Notes: a model not told the origin generated them from the sequence alone. A DNA stretch of 64,000 nucleotides from Octopus vulgaris (GCA_951406725.2 OX597818.1:17298001-17362000); one strand, 5' to 3'; counted from the first letter of the stretch, positions 1 to 15,107 are shown. Program-made: numbers and translations.

Positions 1-1666
1 CAAATTATCATATATTTATAATATTCTCACAATATATATACACAATTGTTACAATATATATACAATACATATACTTTTGAAGCGATTAGCATGCTATAGC
101 TACATAGCTACATTGCTTTCAGCTAAAATGGTCTATATATTGCAGGGAGGGTGGAAAGGTAAAACGAAATATGAGAATTAATCATGGTTGAGTACATCTT
201 TAAAATAATAAGGGTAACAGTTCATAGGGTACAGTTGTCACAATGCCAAAACATATTGAAGGTATTTTTCATAATTGTTCTGAAATATAGTTTTGATTAT
301 ATACTTGATGTATTATTTTGACATTTTTTTCTGAGTATCGAATGATTTGAGTTTTGTTTGCTTTTTTTTTTTTTCATTTGCTCTTTTTTTTTTTTTTTGG
401 TTGTTGTTCTGTGGAGTACTTTGATGATTTGAGACACATCTTTGTCAAGCATTAATGAAATTTTAACTGTAATGAAATACAATTCGGTTGATTAGATGTG
501 GAATAATTCTCTACTATTTTAAAACACACAGTAGGTTTAATTAGTACAGAAAATACAAATTGGTCATTCAATTTTCCGTTCAAAGCTATTTAGATTGTCA
601 AACTCCTCACAATTATCCAGCATGTGTAAGGATTATTTAATCATCTTGTTTTCTACAGCTGTCGATTATAAGAAAAATTCAGCTAAATACCAGAATTGTT
701 TAAAAGTCCCCTGGAACTGTTTCAACAGTGTTTGGTTGTTGTAGTTGGTGTTGTTTAGGTTCTCTAGTTGTAACCATCCCATCATATTTCCAGGCATTTT
801 TTGTTCTTCCTTTTCAAGAAGACATGTTGTGATTTCAAGGGAAATTTGGCTGATATTTCTAACAGACCTTCCATGGAACACTGTTGTTTGGTTGCCTTAA
901 AACAATATAAACCCCTGCCCTCCAGACAAAGCAATGAACTGAAGCTTATATCTTTTATTTAATAAAACCAAGCCATAAAATACATACATCAGTGTTGGCC
1001 CACCAGACTTGTGGGTCCCCTAGAAAAATGCCTGGTGTTCCCATGTCTTAAAACAGCACTGTCTTCCTGTGTCTCAAGACAGCACTGGGTCATTATTGAT
1101 GGCATAAAACATCCAAAGTTTTCTTATACTTATTATTTATTTTATTATACAAGCAAATACTCACAAAGTCAGACAACTTCTCATGTTCTAGATTGTCTGT
1201 TAATATATTGCCTCCCCCCATGTGTATCATTATGCTTTCTTTTTCAAATCTGCATGTATAGGCATACATTAATATGTTCATCAAAGTTGTGGTCAAAGGT
1301 TGTAAGATTAGAGAAGCTATTTCTTCTTTTGTTGTACATTGTCTTCTTTTCTCATATATAAATATATTAACAAGTAAACTGATTAAACTGAATTATGATG
1401 AAGATATTTATGATTCTTATAAAGCTGCAGTGCCTGTATATAGATTCACATACAAATATGTATAGGATGCACATATAAGATGAAAGCAATCAAGCATAAC
1501 AAATGTTTATTCTCATATGTAAAACCTTGCTAAACATACCATTGTAAACAGCTCTGTCCAGAAAAAACTTAAAGGAGTGTTGTATAAACTTTCATGGCGG
1601 TGCCCCAGCATGGCCACAGCTCATGAGCTGAAACTGGAATCAATCAATCAATCAATATATATATAC

Positions 1667-1767
<101 letters not shown>

Positions 1768-1804
1768 TATATATATATACATATATATATACATATATAT
1801 ATAC

Positions 1805-1854
<50 letters not shown>

Positions 1855-1902
1855 ATGTATAAATATAAATGTATGTATATATATATATATGTACATACAT
1901 AC

Positions 1903-1936
<34 letters not shown>

Positions 1937-2432
1937 ATGTATATATATATGCATATATATATAGTGCACATATGCTGACGTACACAAAAATATAGGTGTA
2001 TATTTATATAAATAGTTTGGCAACAGAGCTCAAGATGAAATAAAAGACAAAACTCACATAGATGTTTCTTGATCAATTCCATCGAAGACATTGGTTTCAA
2101 ATTTTATCAGCCGAAACTTTGTGTTAACAACAAACAAGATGAGAACAAATATCCGTCAATTGTAAATAAATGTAAATATAGAACTGCATGTCTATTACCT
2201 GTTTTCAACTGGTACTTATTTTATCAACTCCAAAAGGGATGAAAGGCATTTTGTCTGCTATGCTATTGATTCTACCAACTTAATGCCAATTCCATCTAAA
2301 ATATTAGTACCAAATAACAACAACCATAATTATAATAATTTATTGTATCATAATGAATATTTCTAACACAGTCACAAGGCATTTTATCCTCTGTTGCAAT
2401 GATTCTACCATACATAATATTAATAATATACC

Positions 2433-2877
2433 TTTCTACAATAAGCACAAGGCCTGAGATTTGTGGGGAGGGAATACAGAAGATTACATTGACCCCAGTG
2501 TTTCACTGATACTTAATTCATCAACTCTGAAAGGATGAAAAGCAAAGTCAACCTTGGCAGAATTTGAACTCAGAACATAAAGATGGACGAAATGCTAATA
2601 CTCATTTTGCTCAGCATGTTAATGATTCTGCCAGCTCAGTGCCTTATACATGACATTAATAATTCTTTCTACTAAAGGCACAAGGCCTGAAATTTTCTGG
2701 GAGGGACCAATTGATTAGATCAACCCCAGTATGCAACTGGTACTTAATTTATCGACCCTGGAAGGATAAAAGGCAAAGTCGACCTCGGTGGAATTTGAAC
2801 TCAGAACATAGCGACAGATGAAATACCGTTAAGTATTTTGCCTGGTGTGCTAATGATTTTGGCAGCTTGTCACCTTC
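2433..2877 (-). mobile_element. Two tandem CpG-decayed tRNA-derived SINEs (family A)
   Basis: Shared body aaaggatgaaaggcaaagtcgacctcggcggaatttgaactcagaac; B-box GTTCAAATTCC on the minus strand. Confidence 0.85.
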
Positions 2878-5518
2878 ATACATGATGTTAATAATAAGTG
2901 TGATGTATACTGAGATATTAACAAAACTCCAGGACTTACATACACAACTAATTTATTTCACTTTGCAAAATTTTATACATAAAATACAACTAAAAACTGC
3001 ACATATATTATTTAAGATTACTTTAAATATAATTGTACAATAAGCATTGCATGCATATAGGAAATATAGTAGTTTCAACAGAATACCTTAACTATGCACT
3101 GAACATATATCACATAAGGAACTTGATGATTTTCCTTCTCTTTTAATCGAAGGGGAATTGAATTTCCTAGTACAAGATATGCAAACCTTTTACAATACAA
3201 GGCGAGACATCCTTTTACGCAAACCCCATACTTTATGCTACTTCCTCCTCACCTGCCATAGAAGAAGTAAGGAGGTCTGCAGCTGTTAATGGATACATCA
3301 TCTACAAGAATAAGGTGGTACAAGATCCTGCCATCTTACTGTACAAGAGAGAAATCTTCTTACTTGTTTCAAAACTCCTTCATGATAAAAAGGGAGGGTC
3401 ACATCCTTGTTAATTACTAAAAGCATCACAAGGTTTTTTTTTTTTTCTTGAAACACAGATTTTAATTACAAAGATTTTAATTACTACTAAACAAAAGCGA
3501 TTATATTTTTATATATTAATATATCTAATACATTTATCTCTTATATGCATCAATATATATACAGACAAGTTACTAACTATTAATATAGATGCAGTGTTTT
3601 TATTCATACATGTAACCCATATGCATATTGAAACATTTACAACATTTACACCTAGATATATACATTTGAATAAACATACATGCATAAATGAATAAACCTT
3701 AATACAAATTTCTATATATATATATATATATTATCATACAATTATTCTGTGCATATTTACACATATACATATATATATATGTACATGAATATGTATATAT
3801 GTATAAGTATATATATATATAATACATATATATATATTCACATACATACATATATATATCTGTATGCATGTATATATATATGTATGTATATGTATATGCA
3901 TAAATTTAATTTAGATTTTAATCTTGGAGTTGGATCTAACTCCTGGTTTCACCCTGTCAGTTTGGAAGATGTGGCTGTAAAACCTGCTTTGTGTAAGCAT
4001 TCGACTTGTTTGGGCACGCTTTCAATAACAAACAATTTTAGAATGACGTTTTTCTGTCAAAACACTAAAAATAACTGACCAACAAAAAAAAAAACCAACC
4101 AAGATTCAACCAAATCAAAAAATAAACCCAAATACTAAGCGAACAAAGATGAACCATCCCACTTCCATTGCATGCGCACATGCACACACACACACACACA
4201 TGTACACACACACACACATTCACATACCCTCCTTTACATACACACACATATATTCACACAGAGTTGAAATGCTGTTTGATTTATTTTTTCAGCGTACACT
4301 ACCAAGTATGACATCACCCCTTCCTTCCTTGTTCACCTATCACCCCTTCCTTTCTCATTCATAAACACAAGAGTATTATTATAGTAGATTATCTCGGTAA
4401 CCATGGGAGCTATGAAAACAATACAAAGCACAGCATCACCACCAGATCATTCCACACATCTGTGTAATTTTTTGCGCCCAGCAGTTTGACTGTGAATCCC
4501 AAGATTAGAAAGAATCGCCCATGTCAAATTTATATGTATAGATATGTATATATATATATATATATATGTATGTATGGATGTATTTAATGTGTATCTATAT
4601 CAGTACATACCTTAATGTGTATACCTACATATATCTGTATAGGTGTGTGTATATATGTGTATACACATGTGTGCATGTGTATATATATATATACATAATT
4701 GTTCTAAATTACTTATTATTTTTGATAGTATACACACACACCACACATACACACACATGCACGCACACACGCATGCACACACACACACACACATAATGAC
4801 ATGAGAATTAATTTTAGATTCTCTGGGCCTTCTAAATCTCCTTAGTCAATCTCCTGATTCATTTATTACTAGAGAAGAAACACCATTTTGACATAGAAAT
4901 AACTTAGTTTTATCTACCTATAAAAATGTCTTACTCTATATGTCTGAGAGAGTGGTGGAGCATGATAGATGATTCTGCTAGTAATTCAAATTTAATTCTA
5001 TGTCGGCAAAAATGTTTAACCATTAACTCTAGATAAGACAGTAATATTAAATTACATAATAGACAGGGTATTGTGCATCCGGCCTCCTTAATAACATCAG
5101 AGCAATGACTGTCTATCAATAGACACATGGCTCTGGAGACAGAAAAATCTCTTATGTTCTATTTAATTTCTCATTTACATGTTCATTTATTTGTTTATCC
5201 TATTTGTTTGTTCTCTTTGATTCATCCTACTTCTTGACAAGTTAATTCGAATTTGTGGTTTATTATGTATTTGTTTTTCTGCATTAACTATGATATTCAA
5301 ATGAAGTGATATGAACATCTTGGACGCAGTTATATATTCTTGAAAATGCAAGTTCATCCAGCAAATGGATTTTACACATAAACCTGATGAGTTGGTACTA
5401 TAATAATACTGATACAATGTATTGTTACACACATTATTTGTTAATAATATAGCAATACATTTTGCCAGACAGACGGACAGGCAAGCAGGCAAACAGACAG
5501 ACAGACTGATGGACAGAC

Positions 5519-5587
<69 letters not shown>

Positions 5588-5607
5588 AATAGATAGATAG
5601 ATAGATT

Positions 5608-5689
<82 letters not shown>

Positions 5690-6202
5690 CTTACGTATAT
5701 ACAGATTATTACTATGAATTTATACATGCATCAGTAATTAGGATAAATGGAGCTAATTAATTCACCTTTCAGTGGTCGAAGAGATCCATCCACATCTAAT
5801 CACCCCTACTGATTTCTTTGTAGGTAGGGAGCAGTTAATTATATTGAGTACTTGCTTGATAATATTTTATCACACATGGAAGCAGGAAAGGCAAAGGTGG
5901 CTTCAGTGAGGTTTGAACTCAGGGTGTAGAGTGCTATACATAAATACGTCAAGGTATTTTGTGTGTCTACCTCACACTTCTGCTAATGCACTAACATGTA
6001 TCTACATCAATATTCATGTACATGCAAACATACACTCATACATACAAATACACACACTCTCTCTCTCTCACATACACTTACACACACACACACACTCAGA
6101 CACATGCTCACACACACACACATATATGCATATATATGTAATGTATATACATATATATATATATTCATATACGTATGTATACACACACATATGTATGTAT
6201 GT

Positions 6203-6236
<34 letters not shown>

Positions 6237-6249
6237 ATGCATATGTGTA

Positions 6250-6296
<47 letters not shown>

Positions 6297-6481
6297 ATAT
6301 ATATATAAATACATATATTTAAGTGTGCATATGAATATGTATAAATATGAGTGTGTGGGTGTAATATGGATATATGTCTATGTACACACACACACATACA
6401 CACACACACACATACACACACACACATACACACACACACACACACCCACATATATATATATATGCATATACATATGTATAG

Positions 6482-6512
<31 letters not shown>

Positions 6513-8192
6513 GATAGACAGACAGATACACACACTCACATACCACTCTTACACCTACACACATTCTCATATGCCCATACAAACACATCTACTTACTGCT
6601 TTTTTACTCCAACAAAAAAAAAGCAGCTTTGCTATCTAATTTTATACAGACCACCCCACATTTCGACACCATCACCATATACAAAAATTGATGTGCATGT
6701 GAGCAACCTAGTCCCATTTTCCTTTGTAAATCTAAGGAGAGGACTTATATATTTTTTTAGATTTTGCATTTTTTTTTCCATTAATTGTTTATAAATACAC
6801 ACATATATTTGTTGTTTTTTTTATTATTTTTTAAATTATAATGTGCACTCGAATATTTAACTATATATATATATGAGTGTCCATTGTGATCGGGTGGATA
6901 GAGAAGGTGTTTGAAAACTGGTAAAATGAGGTAGATGTGGTACTTCATGATTCATAAGCCCTCTCTGGGTACCCTCTCTATGCAGTGACAGAGAACTAAC
7001 AATCTAGAAGTGATAGATGGGTACCATGGAACATTTAAAGTTTAATGCAGCAGACAACAATAGCACTGAATAACTAAGAAGTATTTTGTTAATTAGTAAC
7101 ATTTGCTATCTGTCCAATTCACAAGATGTGTAGAGCTTTAAGAGAGATAGTGCTTACCTCTTATGTAATTAAGCAGATCAGTCTCTGTTCATTTTAATAT
7201 TGAATAGACAGTTGTTCAATCAATTGAACTCCCTGCTTATTAGATGTTAGCATACAGGTGGTTGAGTATTCCATAGATACATGTACCAGGCAAAAGCAGC
7301 AAAGCACAAGATATGTAACAAAGCTAAACTTTTGGATTATTGGCACAATCCATCCAATGGACTTCCACTGTTTCTTCATTTTCACTCACAAGATTTGGGC
7401 AAATCTTGAGGCTATGATAAAAAAGAATAAAGCATTTGCCTGAGATGTCTTGCAATTAGTCTGAACCAGAGACCTTGTGATTGAAAAGCAAGTTACTTAA
7501 CCATGCAGTACCTCTTCATCCACAACTACTTCTTTATTCACGGGACATTACTTTATGTTTGTCATGTAAATATTTCTATATCTAATGTAGAATTTTCCAG
7601 AGGCTGTAATAAAACAATTCTAGGGTTCTTTTTGTTTATTTTTTCTTTCTATATTTTTTTGCTCTACTTGGGTAACATGGAGTGGGGGTAGGGAGAAAAT
7701 ATATATGTATTGGTATATTTTACCACTAAGTGACACTTTTTTAATTGTTAGATTTAATAAGAATATAAATAAATATATACACACACAAACACATACACAC
7801 ACACTTGCAATCACATACACCCCACTTTCTCACATACACATACTTGTACTCACAAGTAGCACTCACATATGTACATATGAACCTACAGAGGATGGTCACA
7901 TATTCACACGCACTCATACACATACACATGGCTGTGTAATAACATGTATATACATTTAGATCAGTGGTTCTCAACCATTTTTACTTTATCTATGGACCCC
8001 TTTCTTTTATTCGTTTATTCTTCTACATGTTTCAGTCATTTGATTGCAACCATGATGGGGCATCGACTTGGAGGGATTTAGTGGAACCAATCGACCCTAG
8101 GACTGTTTTTTTCAGCCAACTACTTATTCCATCAGTCTCTTTCACCAAACTGCTAGTTTAAGAGTGTGTGTGTGTGTGTGAGAGTATGCATC

Positions 8193-8227
<35 letters not shown>

Positions 8228-8253
8228 TTATACACACACCCACATATCTATAT

Positions 8254-8306
<53 letters not shown>

Positions 8307-8326
8307 AATGGGGGAGGCCGGTTTCT

Positions 8327-8384
8327 GAGGTTACCTAGGGTTTCCCATCCATAAGGGGTTTGGCCTTATGTATCATCAAACCCC
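8327..8384 (-). ncRNA. Degenerate hammerhead ribozyme (C3>U) beside (TA)n
   Basis: ggggt TTGATGA ta-cataagg ccaaacc ccttatg-gatgg GAAAC cctag GTA acctc; 5-bp stem I, 7-bp stem II. Confidence 0.55.
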
Positions 8385-8508
8385 AAATCTGTACACAGAC
8401 ATACACATATGCATACATATAATTAAACTATACTTATTAACCATGACTACATCAGTTCATCTAAGTCTATACTACAGACATATACATGTACTACACACAC
8501 ACTCCCAT

Positions 8509-8547
<39 letters not shown>

Positions 8548-9256
8548 GACACACACATGCTAATGTGCAAGCATGTGTGTATGTGTATAAATGTATTTAA
8601 GACATATATTTCACAGAGATGCAAAAAAGAAATTCAGTAGAGACAATTGGAAATGTCGCACAAATGCACTATAAACACAGTATTACAATTGTATTACAGA
8701 CTTGGAGATGTACTATGCACACATACTGATGTACAACAAACATATATGTAGTTTAAGATTGTTCTTTTACAACAGATAAATGTAATAGAAGCAGATGAAC
8801 TAATGACGTACATATGTAGTATAGACAGATGACAGAAAGATTTGGAGATGTTATACAGGCAAGTGAAATTAAGATTTGCAAATGTTATACAGGTAGATGA
8901 ACTAATGACCTATATATGTAAAATAGTACATATCTAATATATTGGTAGATTTAGAGCTATAATACAGATACATCAACTAAAGACTTCTAGATGTTATAAA
9001 AATATAATACAAGCTGATCAACCAAAACTTTGCAGATATAATACAGTACATATCTAAAACAGATGTAATGTAGATGGATGACATACATACACACATATCT
9101 AATATAAGGTTGATAGATGAACTAAAGATTTCAGTATGCAACATAGGTAGGTTTATGGATATAAGACAGGCAGATTTGTAGAAGTGATACAAGTAGATAT
9201 ACATCAGGCATATACATATATATATATATATATACATACGTACATACACACGCACG

Positions 9257-9322
<66 letters not shown>

Positions 9323-10609
9323 CACCAATATGTATGACAGATTTCTTTCAGTTTTCATTTTCATTTACCAAATAGTTTTTTAAAATTATTTAGTGGTTAG
9401 ATTACTCTGTCAAATGTGTTGCTTATTTATTCACATTGTTTAGAATTAATTATGTATCATCTTGAAGCTTCAAGTGATGCTATGTGTGCTACAGTATTTA
9501 TTTATGCAATCTTTCTGGTTTCCGTGGTGTATGTGTTCCCCCCAGCTGGATGGGACACAAGTCCATCGCAGCATTACTCAAGAAACAGGAAGAAAGAGTG
9601 AGAGAAAGTTGGGGCGAAAGAGTACAACAGGGATCGCCACCACCCCCTGCCAGAGCCTCATGGAGTTTTGGGTGTTTTTGTTCAATAAACACACACAACA
9701 CCTGGTCTGGGAATCGAAACCGTGATCCCCCGACCACGAGTCCGCTGCTCTAACCACTGGGCCATTGTGCCTCCACCTGCTACAATATAGCCTGAAAATG
9801 AATTTTTAGCCCTATACTTTTAGTTATACTTTTAATTCAGGTGCGCTACCTAATTTTGAAAGGAAAATAAATGTAACATAAGTGGAAAAAGGTTGCCGAG
9901 CATCGATCTAGTCAGTTTGAATGTTAAACAGGTAGAATATTTTGGTTTGGATATGGTTGATTTAAATGCTAAAGAGTTAAAGAAATGTTTTAAATTATTC
10001 CAAAAAACTAATATACAAGATCTATCATATAATATATATTACATATCACTGATTATATAAACATCTGTTGCATAATATCTTTAACCATTTAACTTTATTC
10101 TTATATTACTTGTTTGTCCTGTCTTGCATGTTTTTAAAGCTCCCCAGTTTTCACATTTCAAATTTTGTTTGCAGAAACACTGGTTAAATGAAAGGAAGAC
10201 ATCATCATCATCATCGTCGTCATCATTGTCGTCGTCGTCATCGTCATTGTCATCATCATCATTGTCATCATCGTCGTCATTGTCATCATCAACAACCAGT
10301 TAAGACATGCTAGTTTAATTAATAGAGAAGTTACCTTCAGGTTTGGTAACAAGTGTTTTCAAAACGTAAAGAATTTTTCCCAGGATTCTTGCAGAATACA
10401 AGGATAGGAAATGGCACTTTTATAGAAGGCCACAATACGTGTCTATTAAAGAATCATCTTCATCATCATATTCCTCACTGTCATCATCTTCATCATCATC
10501 ATCATCATTATTATTACTATCATTATTATTATTATGATTGTTATTATTATGATTGTTTTAAGCCCATCCTGCTTAAAAGGTCCTATTATTATTATTATTA
10601 TTATTATTC

Positions 10610-11044
10610 TGTTTGACTTTTGCTTTATGTCTGTACAAGTTGGCTCCAAGTCTCACCCAGAGACCTCAAGAGACAACAGGTTGGAAGTTCTGTGCCATAT
10701 ATTTGGGGTTTTTTTTTGTTGTTTTTTTTTGGTGTTGTACTAGTGAATGTCTAATACATAAAAATAAAATTAAAAAAATAAAATAAATAAAATAAAATAA
10801 TAAATAAAATAAAAATTGTTTTAAACCTTGGGATTACATAGAGAGTATTTTGCATAGGATATGAACAGTTCCCATGAGCACTATCTTTTGAATTTCTGCC
10901 ATTTTGGGGTTTCCTGGTATCTGAGTTAGGTAGCAATCAGTCCCTTTCGCTATCATTCCCAGGGCACCTATGACAACAGGTATTGTTTTAGTCTTCAGCT
11001 TCCACATTTTGCTGATTTCTATTTCAAGATCTTTATATTTGCTC

Positions 11045-11045
<1 letters not shown>
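10610..11045 (-). mobile_element. 5'-truncated R4/Dong-like element (REL C-terminus and 3' UTR) in (TAA)n
   Basis: SKYKDLEIEISKMWKLKTKTIPVVIGALGMI...QKIVLMGTVHILCKILSM*; (TAA)n on both sides. Confidence 0.8.
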
Positions 11046-11128
<83 letters not shown>

Positions 11129-11209
11129 CATCATCATCATCATTATTGTTTTGTTATTGTCATTCTTATTGCAGTTGTTGTTGCTGTTATTATTATTATT
11201 ATTATCATT

Positions 11210-11455
11210 TAAGACGTTGCACAGTACCCAATATTGTGATGTTGTTGATTGAAGATATTGTGTCTACCAGGGATTTGTACTGTCTGTCAAGTCACAATAA
11301 GGGCCTCAAACAGACAGTATTTTACACAATATGCATGCTGTTCCAAGTAATGCTGATTCTGGCAATACACCTAGATTGTAGGGTATTCCTATAGTTCCCA
11401 GATGTTTCTTTAGGTTGGGTGGTATTGAACCCAATGCTCCAATGACTATAGAGAC

Positions 11456-11456
<1 letters not shown>
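11210..11456 (-). mobile_element. 5'-truncated R4/Dong-like 3' end in (TAA)n
   Basis: VSIVIGALGSIPPNLKKHLGTIGI...SALLGTACILCKILSV*. Confidence 0.75.
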
Positions 11457-11506
<50 letters not shown>

Positions 11507-11523
11507 CATTATTATTATTATGA

Positions 11524-11596
<73 letters not shown>

Positions 11597-11613
11597 CATT
11601 ATTATTATTATGA

Positions 11614-11682
<69 letters not shown>

Positions 11683-12276
11683 TGGATTCAAATCCCGCCA
11701 AAGATTCAACTTTGCCTCTCATCCTTTATGGGTTATAGAATAAAACATCGTTGCTAGTATAATGTCCTTGCTCAATTTGATAACCTTGTGCCTAAGTTAC
11801 AAAGCATCATCATCATCATCATTGTTGTTGTTGTTGTTACTATTATTGAAATATTTGTGGGTACCACTTGCTGTTGTTCTTCAGACATCAGAGCAGTGCA
11901 GGTTGACCAGACCTGTAATTAAAGATGTCCCAGGCAGATAAAATGAAAGCATATGATTAAAGGAAAATTTGGCAGCTATTTCTAGTTGAATGAGCAACTA
12001 CTTTGTAACTTCCTTGTTGGCTTGTATGGTTGGTTGGTTGGTTGGTTGGTTGGTTGGTTGATTGGTTGATTGGTTGGTTGATACAGAAAGGAAAGCTTGA
12101 TATTTTAAGTTTTATGGACCAGGTTCTAAAAGTCATGTCCTATTAAAAACTTGATATTGTAAGACACTATAATGAGTTCAGTTTTGTCTTTTAGTACTAA
12201 TAAAATTAGTAGTAATAATTATTTTCTGTGGTGAGTAATATCGTCTCACCTTTATAAATAATAGAATACATATTCA

Positions 12277-12314
<38 letters not shown>

Positions 12315-12476
12315 TATTCAATATTAGACAAACATTTCAAATAATCTTAGGGATATGTTTCACACTGGGTATAAAATAACTGGATATTTGATAACAGCAT
12401 GGTTATATAACATCAAATACACTTCAGAGATGGCAATTATGAGAAAAACATATTTGACTTTCTTAGACTATATATT

Positions 12477-12512
<36 letters not shown>

Positions 12513-12815
12513 GTGTATGTGTGTGTGCATGCGTGTGTGTGTATGCGTGTGTATATGTATGTGTGTATATGTATATGTATATATATTTAAATATATTTAT
12601 ATATATAAATATAGATATATTTTTGTCATTAGATATATAATTGAATATATATACACACACACACAGATTATATGTATGATATACAAATATGTTTATTTAT
12701 AAAATATTATACATACATATATACATACATACGTACATACACACACACACACACAGACACACACAGACACAGACACTGACACAGACACATACACACACAC
12801 AAACACACACACACA

Positions 12816-12950
<135 letters not shown>

Positions 12951-13104
12951 TAACAAACTAAGGAAAATAATTCCTTCAAAGGGGTGTATAAAACATCCAG
13001 TTCACTGGTACATCAGTTGAATACCATATAAATATGGGTATAAAGCAAATTACAAAGATAAAATTAAGTAGAGAGATACAATTGACAATCCATTAATTTA
13101 TTTA

Positions 13105-13316
13105 TCTATATATATAAAACTGAGAATGTGAGTCTGTCTGTATGTGTGAATCACTAAAACTCAAGAACTACTTAACAGATTTCATTTAAATTGCACACAT
13201 GTCTTACTAAGGGTCCATGCAGTGTCATGGGCCAAAAACATTTTCAACTTCTTGCCTAATGCGAGCCGGGAGCGATCTCTTATCTCTTACAGTTTCCGTA
13301 TGCATATGTATATATG

Positions 13317-13398
<82 letters not shown>

Positions 13399-13639
13399 TA
13401 TTTGTACCCCCACCATTGCGTGACAACCGATGTTGCTGCGTTTACATTCCTATAACTTAGCGCTTCGGCAAAAGACACTGGTAAAATAAGTAGTAGATTT
13501 ACAAAGAATAAATCCTGTGGTCGATTTTTTCGACCAAAGGTGGTGCTCCAGCATGGTCACAGTCACATTACTGAAAGAAGTAAAACAATAAAAAAATTAT
13601 GCCATTTTAATCCCGAGCAAGGCCGGGTATCTCTGCTAG
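13105..13639 (+). mobile_element. Non-autonomous Helitron containing a nested microsatellite and SINE fragment
   Basis: 5' TCTATATATATAAAA; 3' hairpin cccg...cggg (13612-13627) then CTAG; inserted at A|T with no TSD; removing it restores the inverted-repeat arm. Confidence 0.85.
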
Positions 13640-14370
13640 TATTGTATTATAACATAATATAGTATGAATAAAATATAGCATAATATAAGATAACATAAAC
13701 AATTATTAAAACATCAAAAGGCCAACAATTTGTTTCGACTTACATACATTTTCTTATATATAAACAAATTAATTCAAATGCCTATGTTTTATGAGCGTGA
13801 GCATTAGCTATTCAATAACATATTAATAACTAAAAACAACAAAAAAATTTTAACGAACAAAAATATAAAGTAAGTGTAATCTACAACTATCAAAATTTAT
13901 TTCTATTTATCTCAAATGATATTGATCCGAACTCGTTTATGTCCAAGAGAATCTTTCGCTATTATAACATACAACAATAATATATATGCGTATATAATTA
14001 TCAGGGTCTTGCTTTATCTAGAACTGTATAAAACGTTAAAAAAATATAAATGATAATTATATCTTTAATATATAACTCTTCTATTTATTTTATAGCTATT
14101 GATATAAAAATATATTGTTAAAAGTAAATAATAGGAATGTTCTGTAATTATTGTTTATCAGAGGGATAATTCTGTAATAAATATGAATAGAAACCTGATA
14201 AAAAAATTTTCTTTGTATACTTAATTTATCGTAAGGAGAATTCCATAATAAATATGAAAATAAACTCATGGGTGTAAACACTATAACTTAAATACCCTAT
14301 AGGCATTTGAATTAATTTTTTACAGTCCAGCCGTCCTTTCACGTGGAATTTCGTCTATCTTTAAACTCTG

Positions 14371-14446
14371 GGTCTGGTGAGACTTATATATAAGGGGATT
14401 ATGTATAAATAACAAAATGTGGTATAAGTCGAAACAAAATGTTGGC
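14371..14446 (+). ncRNA. Degenerate hammerhead ribozyme (CTGGTGA) overlapping an inverted-repeat arm
   Basis: CTGGTGA gacttata...tataagtc GAAAC aaaat GTT; 8-bp stem II, poor stem I. Confidence 0.45.
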
Positions 14447-14596
14447 TTTTTGATGTTTTAATAATTGTTTATGTTATATTATGTTATATTATATTCATAG
14501 TATATTATGATATATTGTAATATAATAAATTATTGGATTGTCAATTGTATCTCTCTTTGTAATTATATATATATATTCTTAAATAAATATTCATAA

Positions 14597-14667
<71 letters not shown>

Positions 14668-14767
14668 TTCAGCAAAAATTTAGATTCAAATGAATATGGT
14701 ACTTAATTTAGATGCACCAGAATTTTGTATGGTGTTATCCATAAAAATCCGTGGGGTGATTATAATC

Positions 14768-14857
14768 AAAATAAGCAACAGGAATGACTCCCGTAATTTG
14801 GTACGATGTAGTACGAAACGATCGTACCAAACTACCGGAGTCATTCTTGTTGCTTAT

Positions 14858-14860
<3 letters not shown>
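14768..14860. repeat. 40-bp-arm hairpin centred on a half hammerhead (GAAAC gatc GTA), between (TA)n tracts
   Basis: aaaataagcaacaggaatgactcccgtaatttggtacgat / atcgtaccaaactaccggagtcattcttgttgcttatttt with a 13-nt spacer. Confidence 0.85.
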
Positions 14861-14919
<59 letters not shown>

Positions 14920-15057
14920 GTATGTATGTATATATCATATATATATATATATGTATATGTATGCATGTATGTATGTATATATATATATATGTATATATGT
15001 ATATATATATGTATATATATATATGTATATATATATATGTATATCTATATATGCATA

Positions 15058-15107
<50 letters not shown>

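Larger units (their letters stand above)
13070..14556. mobile_element. Penelope-like remnant with ~145-bp diverged inverted repeats; left arm split by a Helitron
   Basis: 13070-13104 plus 13640-13752 is the reverse complement of about 14414-14556; an HHR-like motif overlaps the right arm; microsatellites nearby. Confidence 0.6.

Noticed and set aside
240-890. Possible decayed LINE 3' end on the minus strand
   Set aside because: No diagnostic motif could be read with confidence.
5384-5400. Isolated CTGATGA words (also about 15470, 45143 and 59173)
   Set aside because: No downstream GAAA-stem III-UH or stem I pairing.
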